From: Octopus sinensis
Lineage: Eukaryota
DNA length: 64,000 nucleotides
Assembly (NCBI RefSeq): GCF_006345805.1
Contig: NW_021831847.1
Span: 248,001-312,000, forward strand
Reading direction: 5' to 3'
Both the position numbers and the translations under genes were made by a program. Position 1 is the stretch's first letter; each line of letters opens with the position of its first letter. Below are positions 1 to 13,681 of the stretch, one piece after another. A model generated the notes under the pieces. It was not told the DNA's origin and searched no databases. It saw only the letters and a program-made list of their open reading frames with translations.

Positions 1-3000
1 AATCTCCCAAAACCATGTGGATCAGACCAGACTTGTCAAGTTTTGTGAGATTAAAAGTTTTTATTCCCATGATTGGTAGACGAGACTTGTCAATGATGAA
101 TCCACTGTCGACCATCTCTTTCGCAGAATTGGCATCACACATGCACTTTTGAAACATATCCGATGAACACTTGCCGTGGACTCCACATCCACAAGAAGGG
201 AATCCATCAGCATTTCCCCAATCTGACATATTATGGAGACTCCTTACCAGCATTGAGAGTCCCATCTAGTGAAACCCAATTAAGGTGGTCGGTTATGGGG
301 AAACTACGACATTTCACTTGGATGTGCTGTTTGCATGAAACTGACTGTGAGATGACATACTATTATTCCCTAGTTATTTTGAATGATAACTTTTAGCTGA
401 GTAACAGTGAGGGAGTATTTTATCTTTATTGTAAGCGCGGTATTAGTCCCCAATGTGATAATCCCGGGACCTATCATCTACATTTTGTAGTTTCACCTGG
501 TTTGAAAATAGCAAGTCCTCCAGAAGAACAGAACACTTTGAATGGCTTAATCGGTCCAGCTCCATCCGGGTCCACAAAATAATAACCACTCGGAGGGGCT
601 TTATCCAGTTTCTGTTGGATATATTTCATGGTGTTGAAACAGGAATCGAATACGTCTGCACAATCACTTAATTCAACTACCATGACACACTATTTGAGAG
701 CTCTGCAGTATTACCCCACTCGGACTCATTTTGATTGACGGGATTGACGAATTTATCGAGATTGAGTATTTTCTAAAAATTGCCAGTAATACCTAACTTT
801 GTCAGGCCTTTGCAGTCACAGGACTCCAGTCCCTCACAAAATATATCAGCCAAGAGTTTAGTCAATTTACTTCCGTTCCCGAACATTGCGGTTATCGTTT
901 CTCCGTTTTCAATGTTCATTGTACAAGTCAAATATATTTCCTGAATGCAGTAGACTGACCCCTCCAACATCGCAGTTATTTGTCCCACAGTACTCCTCAT
1001 GGTAAAGACCCACGACTCCTTGACGTATGTTTTCTAAGAGTGGCCCACTTCTGATTACCAATAAATGCAGTCTCATTACGTTGACCACTCCAAACTGAGT
1101 TTCCTCGCAGTGAACAGGAATCGTTTCATTTCCTGAAATATTTTATGTCAATTGCCTGGTCTTATCAAGTACGTGTAATTCATCGGAGACTTTTTTATTT
1201 TGTATATCAAACACGAGGACATGATGTCTAATTGTCGCATTTACCACCAACCATGGTGATGCTGCGAACATTGAAGTGGTTTGATTAGCATTTCTCCACT
1301 CCCCCCCGTCTCACTATAAAACGACAGTACAGGCAAGTTCTTCTTGTCATTCTCTACTCCGAGGTCGCTAGAGGCCGCAGAGTTCTACGCACTGTAATCA
1401 TCAGAACACCTCGCAGTTGCATGTTTGATTATTCAAACAGGTGGCAGTCAGTGCACAGCCACAAGAACTGACCTTTCCATGTCCGCCAGGTCCATGTGCC
1501 AACTTTCCATGAACGGAGTAAAATCCGCCGGCCTCGCCTTGGAAAAACGAAGAATTCTACAAAACTAGATATAAAGTTCATACAGCACAAAAATATTGTG
1601 TAAACTGAGAGCAGTAGTACGCTTTTTTGATTAATTTAAGAATAAATGTGATTGAGTTCATATATTCGAATTTGTTGACTCCCATCTGCATTTTTGTCCG
1701 CGTAGTTCTGGAATAAGCCTTCAAGGTCTCACTTTTTCATGTTTATGGAGGTGATGGAGTATTGTTTACCATGAATGCACTCTACGTATTCTGGCATGAC
1801 ATTTCCATCTTGGTCTCCGTCAGATCCGTCAGGGTCAATGAGAGATATTGTCCGGACGTCTGATGATTGCTGAAGGTTTGTCGTTTTCCGCACAGCATCA
1901 CAATCAGAGGCAATGCCTGAGTAAATTCGAAAACCGTTTGCTTACCAAATTGTTGTGGTCCACATTGGAGGTTTTCAATGATTATATCGTAGCTTAATGT
2001 TTCCACTGATTTTTTTACAGAAAAATTAGTGATTGGAAAGATTTCTTTATTTACGAGAACTCCTTCATCAAATGTGAGGTCTGATTCGGGGTTTATACAA
2101 TTGCAAGACATTCTCTTATTGTCGCACCCGTGCTCATATCTGCAAGGACACTGAACTAACATATATTCTCTTTACAAGTAAAGTCGACTGCTTCCCAAAA
2201 ACATTGAATTTGTGTCCTGTAGATGATGACATTGAGACAGTCGACAAGTCCGATTTCCTCCCTCTGCAGACATACCTAGGGTAGGATGAGGAGTAATGCC
2301 AGACTTTACTCTCTGTGAACAAAATCTCGAGAATTCGACAATTTTACGGATTATTTTATTTTCTAATGTATATTCAATGTCGACAGGTCTGGATGTACTG
2401 ACACGCAATTTATTTCTTTTCATTGAAATCACGGTAATGCCAATTCCGTCACGGAAAATACATTCAATCTATTAATAGGAAGCAAATTTCCTGACAGGCT
2501 GAATTGGCATGTTGGGGTCTATTTGAATGTTGTAGACGCCGTCGGTGGGATGACGCTTATTGACAGCAATATCGTGGCAGGATTCGTACAGTTCTTGGTA
2601 GTTAAATCCACATTATTTACTTGCACAAGCTCCTTTGGAAGTCCGCTTTCCCGACTTGCATCTGCATTGATAGCCTGGAATAGTGTCAATGCAGACTTCA
2701 TCCTCCTTGCAGATGGAGACAGTTCCATCACACTCATTTATGTCTAAAATGTATATTCTGATGTATACTATGACAATCCTTTTTCCCGTCCCCCTCATAG
2801 CCTGCCCGGCATTGGCAATAGTTGTTCGTGCAGTCCGCCGACTCGTGACAATCTTTATGGGACCAACAGAAATTGTGTTCTATCATTCACGGGACATAAA
2901 TACTTATGCAAATCCCGTTGACCAATTCAAACCCTTCCACACACTTGCATGAGTATGATCCAATCGAATTCTCACAAAATGCGTTTTCTGGACACGTCAC

Positions 3001-4584
3001 GTGAGTACACTCATCCTCATCTTTGAAATGTGAAAAGATATACTACCTCCACAGAATGTTGATCCGTCTCCCTGGAAGCCTTTTTGACACCGGCAAAACC
3101 CGAGATGACACTCTCCATGTTTAGTGGGGCAACCAAGATCGTTCGTGCAAGACACCAGTCCTACAAAATTTCGGTAAATCAAAACCATATTGACAGGTGT
3201 AGTCATTTTTGGAGCTACAATTCATTTTTATAAGCCCCCCACTGCTGACAGCTTGACACTCGTTATTGTTCGAGGGAATGTTCACTTTTACTACTGAAAT
3301 GAATTGTAACCTATCCAAGACGTGAGGACATGTCGAGCTTGCATGAGTTTGCTAATAAATTCAATTTCGCCAGCAAGTCGAACAGTGGCCAACTTCATAT
3401 GCCAGTAACTACAGTTGCTGACGCTCAGAGGGTATGTACTCATCCCTAGGCCAGGCACGTAGCATTTGTTTCCATAGCGAACTGTGCCTCGAGGACAGGA
3501 TTTGAAGGCTGCGAGTCAGTGAGGAGAAAATACTTGAAATGCCTTTCTGACATAATATTGCCTTGTGCTCACTGCAGGACGACACGAGTAAAGATCCGTT
3601 CTGGTAGAAATGACATGTTTTATGTCTCGTAGACGAATTGTAGACCTCTCCACTGAGCCACCGAGATTGGTGGTTGGACTCTTGGACATACTCGTTCTGC
3701 AATCCAATCCAATAGTTGGTCTCCGAGTTACTACTAATTAACTCTGACGGGCTACATTTGGCGGAAAGTCTCCAATTGTTGGATTGTCGAGTGGTTGACG
3801 GAGGCCAGGTCCCCTCCGAGTAGATTGCAGAAATAGAATCCGGAAACATAGTCCAGTTTGTGTCCAAATGAAGCAAAGCACACTCCAAACACATTGACCC
3901 AACCATAAGGACACGTCTTGGTTAATAGAAAGTCTACGTCCCTCAAATATCTCTACTTTGTTCGCAAATGAAAAGTCTTGGCGAGGCGCAGTCGCCCAAA
4001 CTAACTTTTCCGTTTTGGGCATCAAGGAAGCCACAAATCTGAGAACTCGACTGAGACGAGATATCCTGGATTTGGTTCTTTCCTCCGTTATCCCAGTACA
4101 CAACACCTGGAATAATCAGTCGACCACGACCTGTGATCGTATCTTTTCTTAGGCCGACCCAATAAGTCGAATTGTCGTCGATTGCTGCAATACTGTTGGA
4201 TATTTTTCCGTAGTGGTTGGGATCAGACAGAGAGGCCAGACTGCCTTCACAAATCGAGAAGGCTTCGCTGTAGGTCTTCTTCACTTGGAAAATCCGGTAG
4301 CAGACTCCGTTGAACTCTTCGTAGTATTGAGGACATGTGGCTACAGAGATCTATCACACTTGTCTACCGTGGCATCCCGAGTGGTGGGGACCCTTCTTTC
4401 CATCGCCAGCCAAATTATATTTACATTTGCACTCAAAGTTGTGTTGGTCGACATTCCGACACTCAGCCAGACTGTGGCATGTCTGTGTGCTGTGGATTGA
4501 GCACGGCAGCTGGTCTCCTCTGACTCCACAGAGTACAATAACTAACAATCTAAGGACAGCCAGTGCGAGACTGATCTTGAGCAT
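1..4584 (-). CDS. Secreted or surface multidomain protein: signal peptide, EGF, 3 C-type lectin domains, about 4 EGF/cbEGF, at least 4 Caspr-type fibrinogen-like modules; multi-intron, 3' end off-window
   Basis: ATG 4584 begins MLKISLALAVLRLLVIV. CTL motifs YWVGLRKD and YWIGLQNE; cbEGF DINECDG. FBG modules YFVDPDGAGPIKPFKVFC, LIDPDGSDG, CPCRYEHGCDNKRMSCNC and SCGCGVHGKCSSDMFQKCMCDANS...DSGFIIDKSRLP. 25-nt intron at 223-247. Confidence 0.8.
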
Positions 4585-5048
4585 TGATGTGATTTGGACA
4601 GGTTACCTTATATATTGATACTCCATATGCCACACAAATCAATTGATAAAAAAAAGAGTATGATTAGCATAAGTTACATTTTATATTTCCTGACTCTTTG
4701 TGTTTTGAACAGGTTAATTTAATCAATACATGCACGACAAATCAAATCTCTCAGTCACAATTTTGCCAAGTACAATTCCCTAATGACACCAAATGTGGAA
4801 AAATATCAAAATTACAAAAAAAAGGACATCGATTTTATTTTATATGCACAAAAAACACTCACACGCAAATTGAGTTCAAAAGTGGAATTGACCACGTCAA
4901 TATCACTACTTAGTAGATGACCTAGAATATTAATGAATGAGACAAGTGTGGGTCAATTAAAATTACCAATATAATTATCACTGAATTTATAAAATGTCAT
5001 AATTTGGATAGAATGAAATAAATTAGTTCGTGTAGCCAGCGGTGCCTT

Positions 5049-8000
5049 ATGGTGTGTGCGAATTGACTAATTAAATAGAACGTCAATTTTAACGGAGCAT
5101 CCAAGCCAAAAGCACCAACCAGAGGACAGAACCAAGTCAAGGAGATCATCAAAATTCCAAAAAATAAAACAAAAAGAGAAAAATCTGAGCTGGAAGAATG
5201 CAAACAATTAGAGAAGATCTGCGACGTCAAACTGGACATGACTACATCCCGGGATGGGACAATCACCGTCGTCCTCAAAGGAACACCCGAAAAGGTCCGA
5301 GACTGCAAAAATGAATTGTCCAAGAGACTCGGGTCGTCGGATATAATTCACGTGCCTCGGAAATATTCTGGATTTGTGATCGGGAGTGGAGGACGAACCA
5401 TCAAGTCCATCCAAGACGACACATCCACCTACATCACAGCCAAGAACGAGGACTCTGAATTGACAGTCTTCTCTATTCAGGGTGACCATTCGGGAGTACA
5501 GAAAGCCCGTCAGTCCATCCTCTCCATTGTTAATGACCACGTACTCTTATTTAGTCTATCTGTAGTCCGAAAAGGTTGTTCGGGATGTGGAGATTCCCTC
5601 GAATGTGAGGGCCCTCATATGTGGGGTCGGCCATGAGGGGTTTGATCGGTGGAGGAGTGAATTTGATGTTCGAGTCAAGTCCTCCGATCGGGGGGTCACT
5701 ATTTCCGGCCGACATGGAGATGTGGATAAGCTTGTGCGGACAATTGAGGATAAATGTGAGGATTTGACACGTTCCTGCTACCATCTTGACTTCCCTCTCG
5801 AATATCGCCGATTTAGACAAATGTCTGCAAATTCTGCCAAATTTACTGCATTGAGCAGGGAAATATTCGATCAGTGTGGTGTTGCTATCAGTTGGGGGGA
5901 CGGTTGTGTGTCTTTGGCTGGCAAATTGACTTGTTTGGGACAGGCAATTACTATTCTGCTCACAAAAGTCAATTCCAATGTTTTTGAAGACATCAAAGTG
6001 CCGACCTGGATGCACAAACACGTGAAAAGTCGTATCACAGTCAAATATTACCTTTCCAATGATCTCATTACTTTGGAGGGGCCACCAGACGAGGTCGAAA
6101 CTGCCCGAAATGATTTGATGAGTGTCGTCGATAAATTGGTACAACATTCTAAAATAATCTCCAGAATTGTGATCTAACTAATGTTGGTGTGGCAATCAAC
6201 CGCCGTCATCACAACAGGCTGATTGGAAGGAAGGGGGGCACAGTGAAAGATATTTCTAGGAGATTTGGAGTTGATTTGTTTTTCCCCCGTGAAAATGAAC
6301 GTGATGTGGTTGTGGAAGTTGTGTTATTGTAGGATGTGGTTTATTTGGAAGGCAACAGAATGGACGTCGAGGAATGCACTGCACATCTTTTGGAGTTGGT
6401 CGACGACTTTGTATGATTTGTTTATTATTCAGGAAAACGAGACCAGTGCTGACATGGTTGTGCCCCGCCACCTGCACGAGCCACTACGTGAGAATATCCG
6501 AGGCAATGAGTGGAGAGTGTCTGTCGACTTTGGAGAGGGGGATAATCTTGTCATACGAGGACGTCCAGTAGCAGTCAACGAGTGTAGGGGCAGAATAAAA
6601 AGACTTGTGGAGTCATTGGAGCATATTTATGTGAGGGAGGTGGTGAAGGGGAGTGCATGTCTTATTTCTGCCTTGAATGTGAGCAAGTGGAGACCGATAC
6701 TACAAGTCCATTTGTGCCATCAATGTAGATTTGTGATCGGACGGGGGCTCACATTCGCCACATCGACGGAGAATTCGCGGTGACTGGGAAGAAGGAGTAC
6801 GTTGAACGGGCAGTGGCCAAGTTGAGTGAACTGAGGGATTACTATGTTTGACATAGCGGGGTGACCTTGGCAGGACTCGGGAGAGTCTATTCCACTCAAA
6901 CCTGCTCTTTGGGAAGCGATGATACGAAATGGGGTGATCGGAGAATTGGAGAATAAACACACTGTTGACATATCAATGGAAAACGGGGATTGTCGAATAA
7001 AGGGGGAGTCCTCCAAGGCGTGTCTCCTCCACTTGACTGACATTATGAAGGGCGAGGAATACGAATATGCGGAGTACTCGTGTGCCCTCTTGTCGTCTGC
7101 CTACTATCGAGAGCAGTTGGAAAGGGCATGTGTTGTGAGTGATGTGTAGATTGGCGAGGAGAGTGGAGTGTGGGTGGGGCATTCCTCAGTAGTGGGGAAG
7201 AATGCTTGCCAAGTCGTAGAACGTATCAAAAAACTAGTCAGTGGAGTGGTTAGTTGTATTTGTGATGTGCAGACTAAATCAACCACGATCGAGTTGGCAG
7301 ACAAATACTGGGCGAGGATATTCAACACTGTTTTGAGGGATAGAGTGGAGATGGAGACGAGGGTGGTCCTCCTAACTCGGGGATATACAAGAGGGAGACA
7401 GCAAGTGGAGATAATCGGGGAGTCGGAAGAGGATGTGGATATGGCATGCAAGTATATAAACGATATGTGTCGTGATTTGGTTAGTCGTGTGGGTTATGGG
7501 TAGGACAACCCACGGGAGATTATACTCCCGTTGGACAGACAGGTCATGGGGCATGTCATTGGAGTGAATGGGTCGAATATTCGCAGTCTTGAGTCTACGT
7601 TTGGAGTGAATATTCAAGTGGTTGAGAAGGGACAGACTCCGCAATTGCAGATCAGGGGATCCGACAAGGATTGTGAGCAAGTCAGGACAGAAATATTAGT
7701 ATATTCTCTTCTTTGTCACGACAGACGTCACTTCCTGTGGTCAAGACAATAAAAGTAGACATGTCTGTCCATTCACGCTTGATCGGGACGAAGGGCAGTC
7801 GAATCGCCCAGATCAAGGAGGATTTCAAAGTTGGTGTGACTTTCCTGTCGGGGACTGAGGATGTGGAAGTGAAGGGAAATCCTGGGGATGTGGACAGAGC
7901 AATCAGTCACATCCAGGAACGAGCGAGTCAGATATTGGCATCCATGGAGGAGAGGGAGGCTGCGAGTTATTCCCAGACTCTTCGAGTGAGCAAGTCCTTT

Positions 8001-8488
8001 GTGGGGAGGATAATTGGGAAGAAGGGCATCCGAGTTGAGAGTTTGCGTCGGAAATATAAAATCACATTGAATGTGGAAGATGAGGGGGAGTATTCCCTGT
8101 TTATTCTCACGGGGAGGGAAGAGGGAGTCAATCAGGCGTATCAAAGACTGTGTGAGTCTGTGAATGCAATGGTGGTACTGTCAATACACGTTTTTAGGAG
8201 AGTGAAGTGACGGTGTCAGTCAATGTGCCTGCAGTCCTGCATGCTCTACTGATCGGGCGAGGGGGGAGGACGATTAAGGAGATGATGAGTCGATATTCCG
8301 TCTCCATCAGTTTTTCGAAGACTGAAGAGGACTCGGTGGAGATTGTCGGGAGGGCGGAGAACGCGAATGAGTGTGCCGACTATATCGAGTCACTCGTCCA
8401 GGATAATGTAGATTGGAAATGCTTGTATGATTAGATGGAATTCACTCCGTCCAAAACGACCGCTACTTGTTTGGGTGACTATTTATGA
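5049..8488 (+). CDS. HDLBP: Vigilin-like multi-KH RNA-binding protein (many short introns)
   Basis: Successive exon ORFs carry KH GxxG loops: [63 protein letters not shown]. Start and stop were inferred by removing 27-nt GT-AG introns; an alternative stop is 8434. Confidence 0.7.
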
Positions 8489-8523
8489 TTCTAACATTGT
8501 TATTTAATTGAGAGGTATGACAA

Positions 8524-9467
<944 letters not shown>

Positions 9468-9741
9468 ATTTTGTGGATTATGCAAATACTCTTTAATCTT
9501 AAGTCAAATAGGTTAACACATCATTCGTCTTTACTTTATTCGATTAGTTTCCCCAAAGAGACCCCTGTACGCCTAATTTCCGAAAGTTTAAAGCATTGCC
9601 TTTGGATACGCCCCTTCAGGTCAAAATATGCTTCTTTCTTAAAGCAAGAGTGCAAGCAGAATTCTCTCTAACCAATTTCATTTGAGGAAATTGTATAACT
9701 ATATTTTCTGATACATATCATGGATTAATATTAAATTATTT

Positions 9742-9816
9742 AAAATCATAGTCTGATTTATAAAAGTACAAAGATAGCTAAGCTAATTAATGGCCTCACG
9801 AGACAACCGGCCAGCC
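9742..9816 (-). mobile_element. 75-bp extreme 3' stub of a CRE-clade non-LTR retrotransposon
   Basis: Matches the 3' end of the CRE copy at 17.34 kb (gatagctaag...ggcctcacgagaca..cg.ccagcc). Flanked by 11-bp direct repeat TTAAATTATTT at 9731-9741 and 9817-9827. Confidence 0.75.
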
Positions 9817-9874
9817 TTAAATTATTTGTGTTTGAGTACAAATACTGATTATAAAAACATTGAAAGAAAATCAA

Positions 9875-10185
9875 TTAGGAAAAATAATAATCACGTTTAT
9901 TTTGCGTGTCTTGGAGAACTTTTTTGTACACTTCCTTGACCTTTTCCCGTCTCATTTTGACCTGTGCGAGTTTTTCCTGCATACTTTGATGTCTCAACTG
10001 AGAAATAAGAACGAGTGTGGAACTTGGAGGTCGTTAAATTGAGCTATAAACATTTCAGCTGATTCTCTCGATTTGGCTCGGCATTTTTGCACTGCAAAAT
10101 TGTTTTTTGACCTCTTTTCCAAGTATTCAAGGCGACTTTTAGTGGTTACATTAACAAAATGGTGAGACTCTTGATTGGCTGACAT
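9875..10185 (-). CDS. Small C/EBP-like bZIP transcription factor (about 95 aa)
   Basis: Basic region EYLEKRSKNNFAVQKCRAKSRE resembles C/EBP EY..RR.RNN.AV+KSR. Removing a 26-nt intron adds the zipper LRHQSMQEKLAQVKMRREKV. Confidence 0.7.
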
Positions 10186-10338
10186 ACACACTGTACTAAA
10201 CAACACAAGAAAATAAGCACGACAATTTTTTTACATAAATTTATTTAATAAAAAAATTATTGTACGGCATATCACAAATTTCCCATTCTCTGCCCATTTC
10301 AATAGTTAGAAAAGTATAAAAACCAATGATTAATTAAA

Positions 10339-11767
10339 TTGTCGTACTTCGTACCAACACAGCTCGGAGTTGGTGTCCGAGGAGGCGCTGAGGCCGGGGT
10401 CCACGCTCTGCGTGAGTTTGTGTTTTCTTCCAAGGATTCCCAACGAATTCTGGCCAAGATCGATTTAAAGAATGCATTTAATTCTGTTAGAAGAGATTGT
10501 ATTCTTGAAGCTTGTGCCAAAGAAATTCCGCACATCCTACCGATTGTTAATTTGGCATACTCCAAGCCTTCCGCACTTGTATTCGGAACAACAATACTTG
10601 ATTCTGCCAATGGAGTTCAACAAGGTGACCCTCTAGGTCCTCTTTTATTCTCCCTCGCAATTCACCATATAACGAGATCATGTAAAAATGATCTTAACAT
10701 GTGGTATTTGGATGATGGAGTAATTGGAGGAACCCCTGAGGGCATCTTGGAAACGCTGAAGTCTCTTGTTTTTAAATTTGGAGCGCTTGGGCTTGAATTC
10801 AACTGCGGAAAATGCGAAATCGTGAATGTCAACACGGACGAACTTTCCTTTCGTAAGTGGATGACCGAATTCGACAAACTGCTACCTGGATGCACCTTCC
10901 CCCTCAAAGAGGACTTGATTTTTCTTGGATCTCCTATTTTTGAAAGTGGTATCAAAGCTGTTATGAAGGCTAAAATTTCGGAATTTTCCCTTCTCTCTGA
11001 AAAATTACGTTGTGTGGATAGCCACATTGGTCTCTTCTTAATGAGGAACTGTCTATCTATTCCGAAGTTAACATACATTTTGAGGACGGCCCAATGCTAT
11101 CAGGAAACAGATCTTCTCGAAGACTATTCCGATCATATGAGAGCTTGCACTGAGTACATCCTCAACGTTAGCTTCGATACGCAGTCGTGGAGACAGGCGA
11201 ACAGCCCCTAAGCGGCGCGTGGCTAAACTGTTACCCTTGTAATACAACTGGCTGCCATGCATTCCGAACTGAACCAGATCATCTGTCGATCTCTTCGAAC
11301 TGCTGGATTCCACACACAATTGGAACATGCAGGGATTTTCGTAGAGGACGGCAGAAAACCCGATGGGATGACCACATTTCCATTCCAAAGGGAAGTGTCT
11401 GGTTTGGGACGTCACGTGTGTGAACTCTTTTCTAAACAGAACATCAAATTATGCATCGAGAATCCTGGAGCCCGTCTGAACGGGCTGAGAAAAGAAAAAG
11501 CTGAGAAATACGCTGGAATTGGGAACGGGAGAGTGTTTGTCCCCCTGGCTGTTGAGACGTCAGGATACAGGGGCCTTCTACTCGGACCCTACTCCAGCGT
11601 ATTGCCTCATTAATCGAAAGGGTTACCGGCGACCCGTGTGAGCACCGGTATTTAATCGAACGAGTATCTATAGCCATAGTCAGAGGCAATACTCTGGCTA
11701 TCTGCCAATGACTATTTCTCTTTTAATTTGAAATAAATTAATCTAATTACTAAAAAAAAAAAAAAAA
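10339..11767 (+). mobile_element. CRE-clade non-LTR retrotransposon, 5'-truncated, internally deleted (RT + REL endonuclease)
   Basis: KIDLKNAFNSVRR, GVQQGDPLGPLLFSLAI, WYLDDG; REL motifs DGRKPDG and FVPLAVETSG; A16 at 11752-11767. Confidence 0.9.
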
Positions 11768-11799
11768 TTAAGGAAAAGTCTAGTTTATGACGGTCATTC

Positions 11800-12588
11800 T
11801 TACAACTGAGGATCCGTTGCTGGATTGTCCTTAATCCAAACCCCAAGCATAACTTGATATATAAATGTCCCAAAAAGACTGCCAAGACAGAGAGCAATTG
11901 GGGGGATTATGCAATAAGGGAAGCTCCAAACAAAACTACCGTAGCCGACAATACTGGCCACAATTCTTCCGACAATGTCCAAGTTGGGGTGGATTGTGAG
12001 TGACCCGGTGGCGGAAAACGTGAGGAGTACCCCGGCAACCATAAGCCCGAGCATAAGTGCATGGAAATGGATGTTGGTCAGTGGGGACTTTTTGTCAATT
12101 ATGGTCAGAACTCCAATCATGGTTGTCGCCATCGCCAAAAACTGTTCGAAGAAGATAGTCCAGGCGGAGATGCCTTCGTGTTGGGTTGTAGTCAATATGT
12201 GGATGCTGACTTGGTCGGAAATGTTGTTTAGCTTAATTCTCTGGTAATACAGTCCATATACAGTGAACGAGCTTACAAAAGATGCGACAAAATGTATTGC
12301 TGCAAAAATTGGCAGTTTTCTCCACTTCACGTGATCAATCGTGCAGAGAGCGAGTGTCACTGCTGAGTTGAGTTGTCCTCCCCCAACTGAATTAGCCACG
12401 TAGAAACCGACCATCACTCCGAACCCAATCCCAAGGCAAGACAGTAGCTTTAAATCAGCGGACGAAGTGACATTAACAGCAATGCATCCCTGCTTTGCTA
12501 CCAGAAAAATGACAGTCCCCAAAAATTCGCCCAAATTGTCCTTGCCCAGTGCATTTATCAATTTTCTCACATTTTCTTGGAACAACAT
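11800..12588 (-). CDS. Aquaporin/aquaglyceroporin-family (MIP) channel with non-canonical NPA boxes; intronless
   Basis: GEFLGTVIFL, GGGQLNSAVTLA (box 1), EQFLAMAT, TIHPNLDIVGRI (box 2); six hydrophobic segments; 262 aa. Confidence 0.85.
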   Translation of the reverse strand: MLFQENVRKLINALGKDNLGEFLGTVIFLVAKQGCIAVNVTSSADLKLLSCLGIGFGVMVGFYVANSVGGGQLNSAVTLALCTIDHVKWRKLPIFAAIHFVASFVSSFTVYGLYYQRIKLNNISDQVSIHILTTTQHEGISAWTIFFEQFLAMATTMIGVLTIIDKKSPLTNIHFHALMLGLMVAGVLLTFSATGSLTIHPNLDIVGRIVASIVGYGSFVWSFPYCIIPPIALCLGSLFGTFIYQVMLGVWIKDNPATDPQL

Positions 12589-13094
12589 TTTATGAATATT
12601 TAGTCTTTAATGAGATTCATGTCACCTTTATTTCGTTTGAATCTTTAGATTATTTTCAGTAAAAGACATTTATTTAAAAGGAAATTAAGTTATAAATCGA
12701 TTATTGATCTGATTGAATTGTATCTCGGTCATTTTACTCAAATATTAGCAAAATTGATTTTCTATATTTTAATTTGTCGCGAGCCGAGCGCGCGACCGAG
12801 CCCAGCAAGCGACTTTGACACCTGTCATACCTGTCATCCACCTGTCAGTCTAATTGATGAAAATCATCATATTCTATAAAATAAAATCATCATATTTTTT
12901 TAATAATTTTGGATTATTCTTTACGCTATTCACATTTAATTTATTTTTATTTCATACAAGATGTAGATAATTTTTTGCCGGCGTACCATACTCACCCAGA
13001 TAAAATATTATCCACGCTAGCATAATTTTGTCTACACTTTTTTATGTCGGGCCAGCGTTTGTTTGTAAAAGATCAAGATGAATATAATTTCCTA

Positions 13095-13217
13095 GGAATA
13101 GGAATAGGAAGTTTTATTGGAAACAGAGAAGGGTTAAAGGTAGGGGGAGTTTGTATAATGAAACAATAGGACTACCCTATCGACTTCTTCCCAGAAAAAA
13201 AAAAGAAACCCTCAAGT

Positions 13218-13250
<33 letters not shown>

Positions 13251-13681
13251 CTTTTCTACCTCTGCAGGTACGTCCCAGTGACAATTGAGTTGGATTTATA
13301 ACCACTTATAGCTTTTTCGACAGTTTCACCGACCATGGAGGATTTACTTTCAAGCCACAGGGGGATTGGATCTTCAACTTTTTGGTGGTAAGCAAGCTTC
13401 AAAGCGAGCCTGCGAGACTTTTCAAATTAGTTAAGATGGTGTCCTTCTTTTTAGAGAAGTACCATCCCTCTTTTCCGTATAGTAGTCCCGGTAGGATCAC
13501 CGTATTGAAAACGTAGAGGAAAGTATCAGGCTCCAAATTTAACTTCCTCAGGCAGAACAGAGCATTAGTTGCTTTCCTTTTACTTAATTTTGCGTTTTCG
13601 AGATAGTTTCCCTTTTCATCGATGAACAAGCCAAGATATTTAATTGAGTTTTGTCGAGGTATGTTCTTGATCAGGCACGGT
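13095..13681 (-). mobile_element. 3' fragment of an APE-type LINE (L2/CR1/RTE group), copy A
   Basis: IKYLGLFID...LLYGKEGW RT C-terminus; AATAAA plus (TTCCTA)n tail; 14-bp TSD AATATAATTTCCTA (13081-13094, 13682-13695). Interrupts the Ginger-A ORF. Confidence 0.85.

Noticed and set aside
163-4618. Plus-strand ORFs in the track (163, 2523, 2683, 3958, 4213, 4335, 4337)
   Set aside because: They are antisense shadows of the minus-strand lectin/EGF/FBG gene and carry no motifs of their own.
4997-8144. Long minus-strand ORFs (e.g. 5551-6147, 198 aa)
   Set aside because: They are antisense to the KH-repeat exons.
12775-12815. GC-rich hairpin with GAGC repeats resembling a parvoviral Rep-binding site or a Helitron end (also 17623-17661)
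   Set aside because: The two copies are inverted, end in TGT/ACA and share a TAATT TSD, so they are Ginger TIRs.
13221-13272. Poly-T...CTGCAG resembling a strong splice acceptor
   Set aside because: It is the LINE's internal A tract read on the opposite strand, and host introns here are too short to use such tracts.
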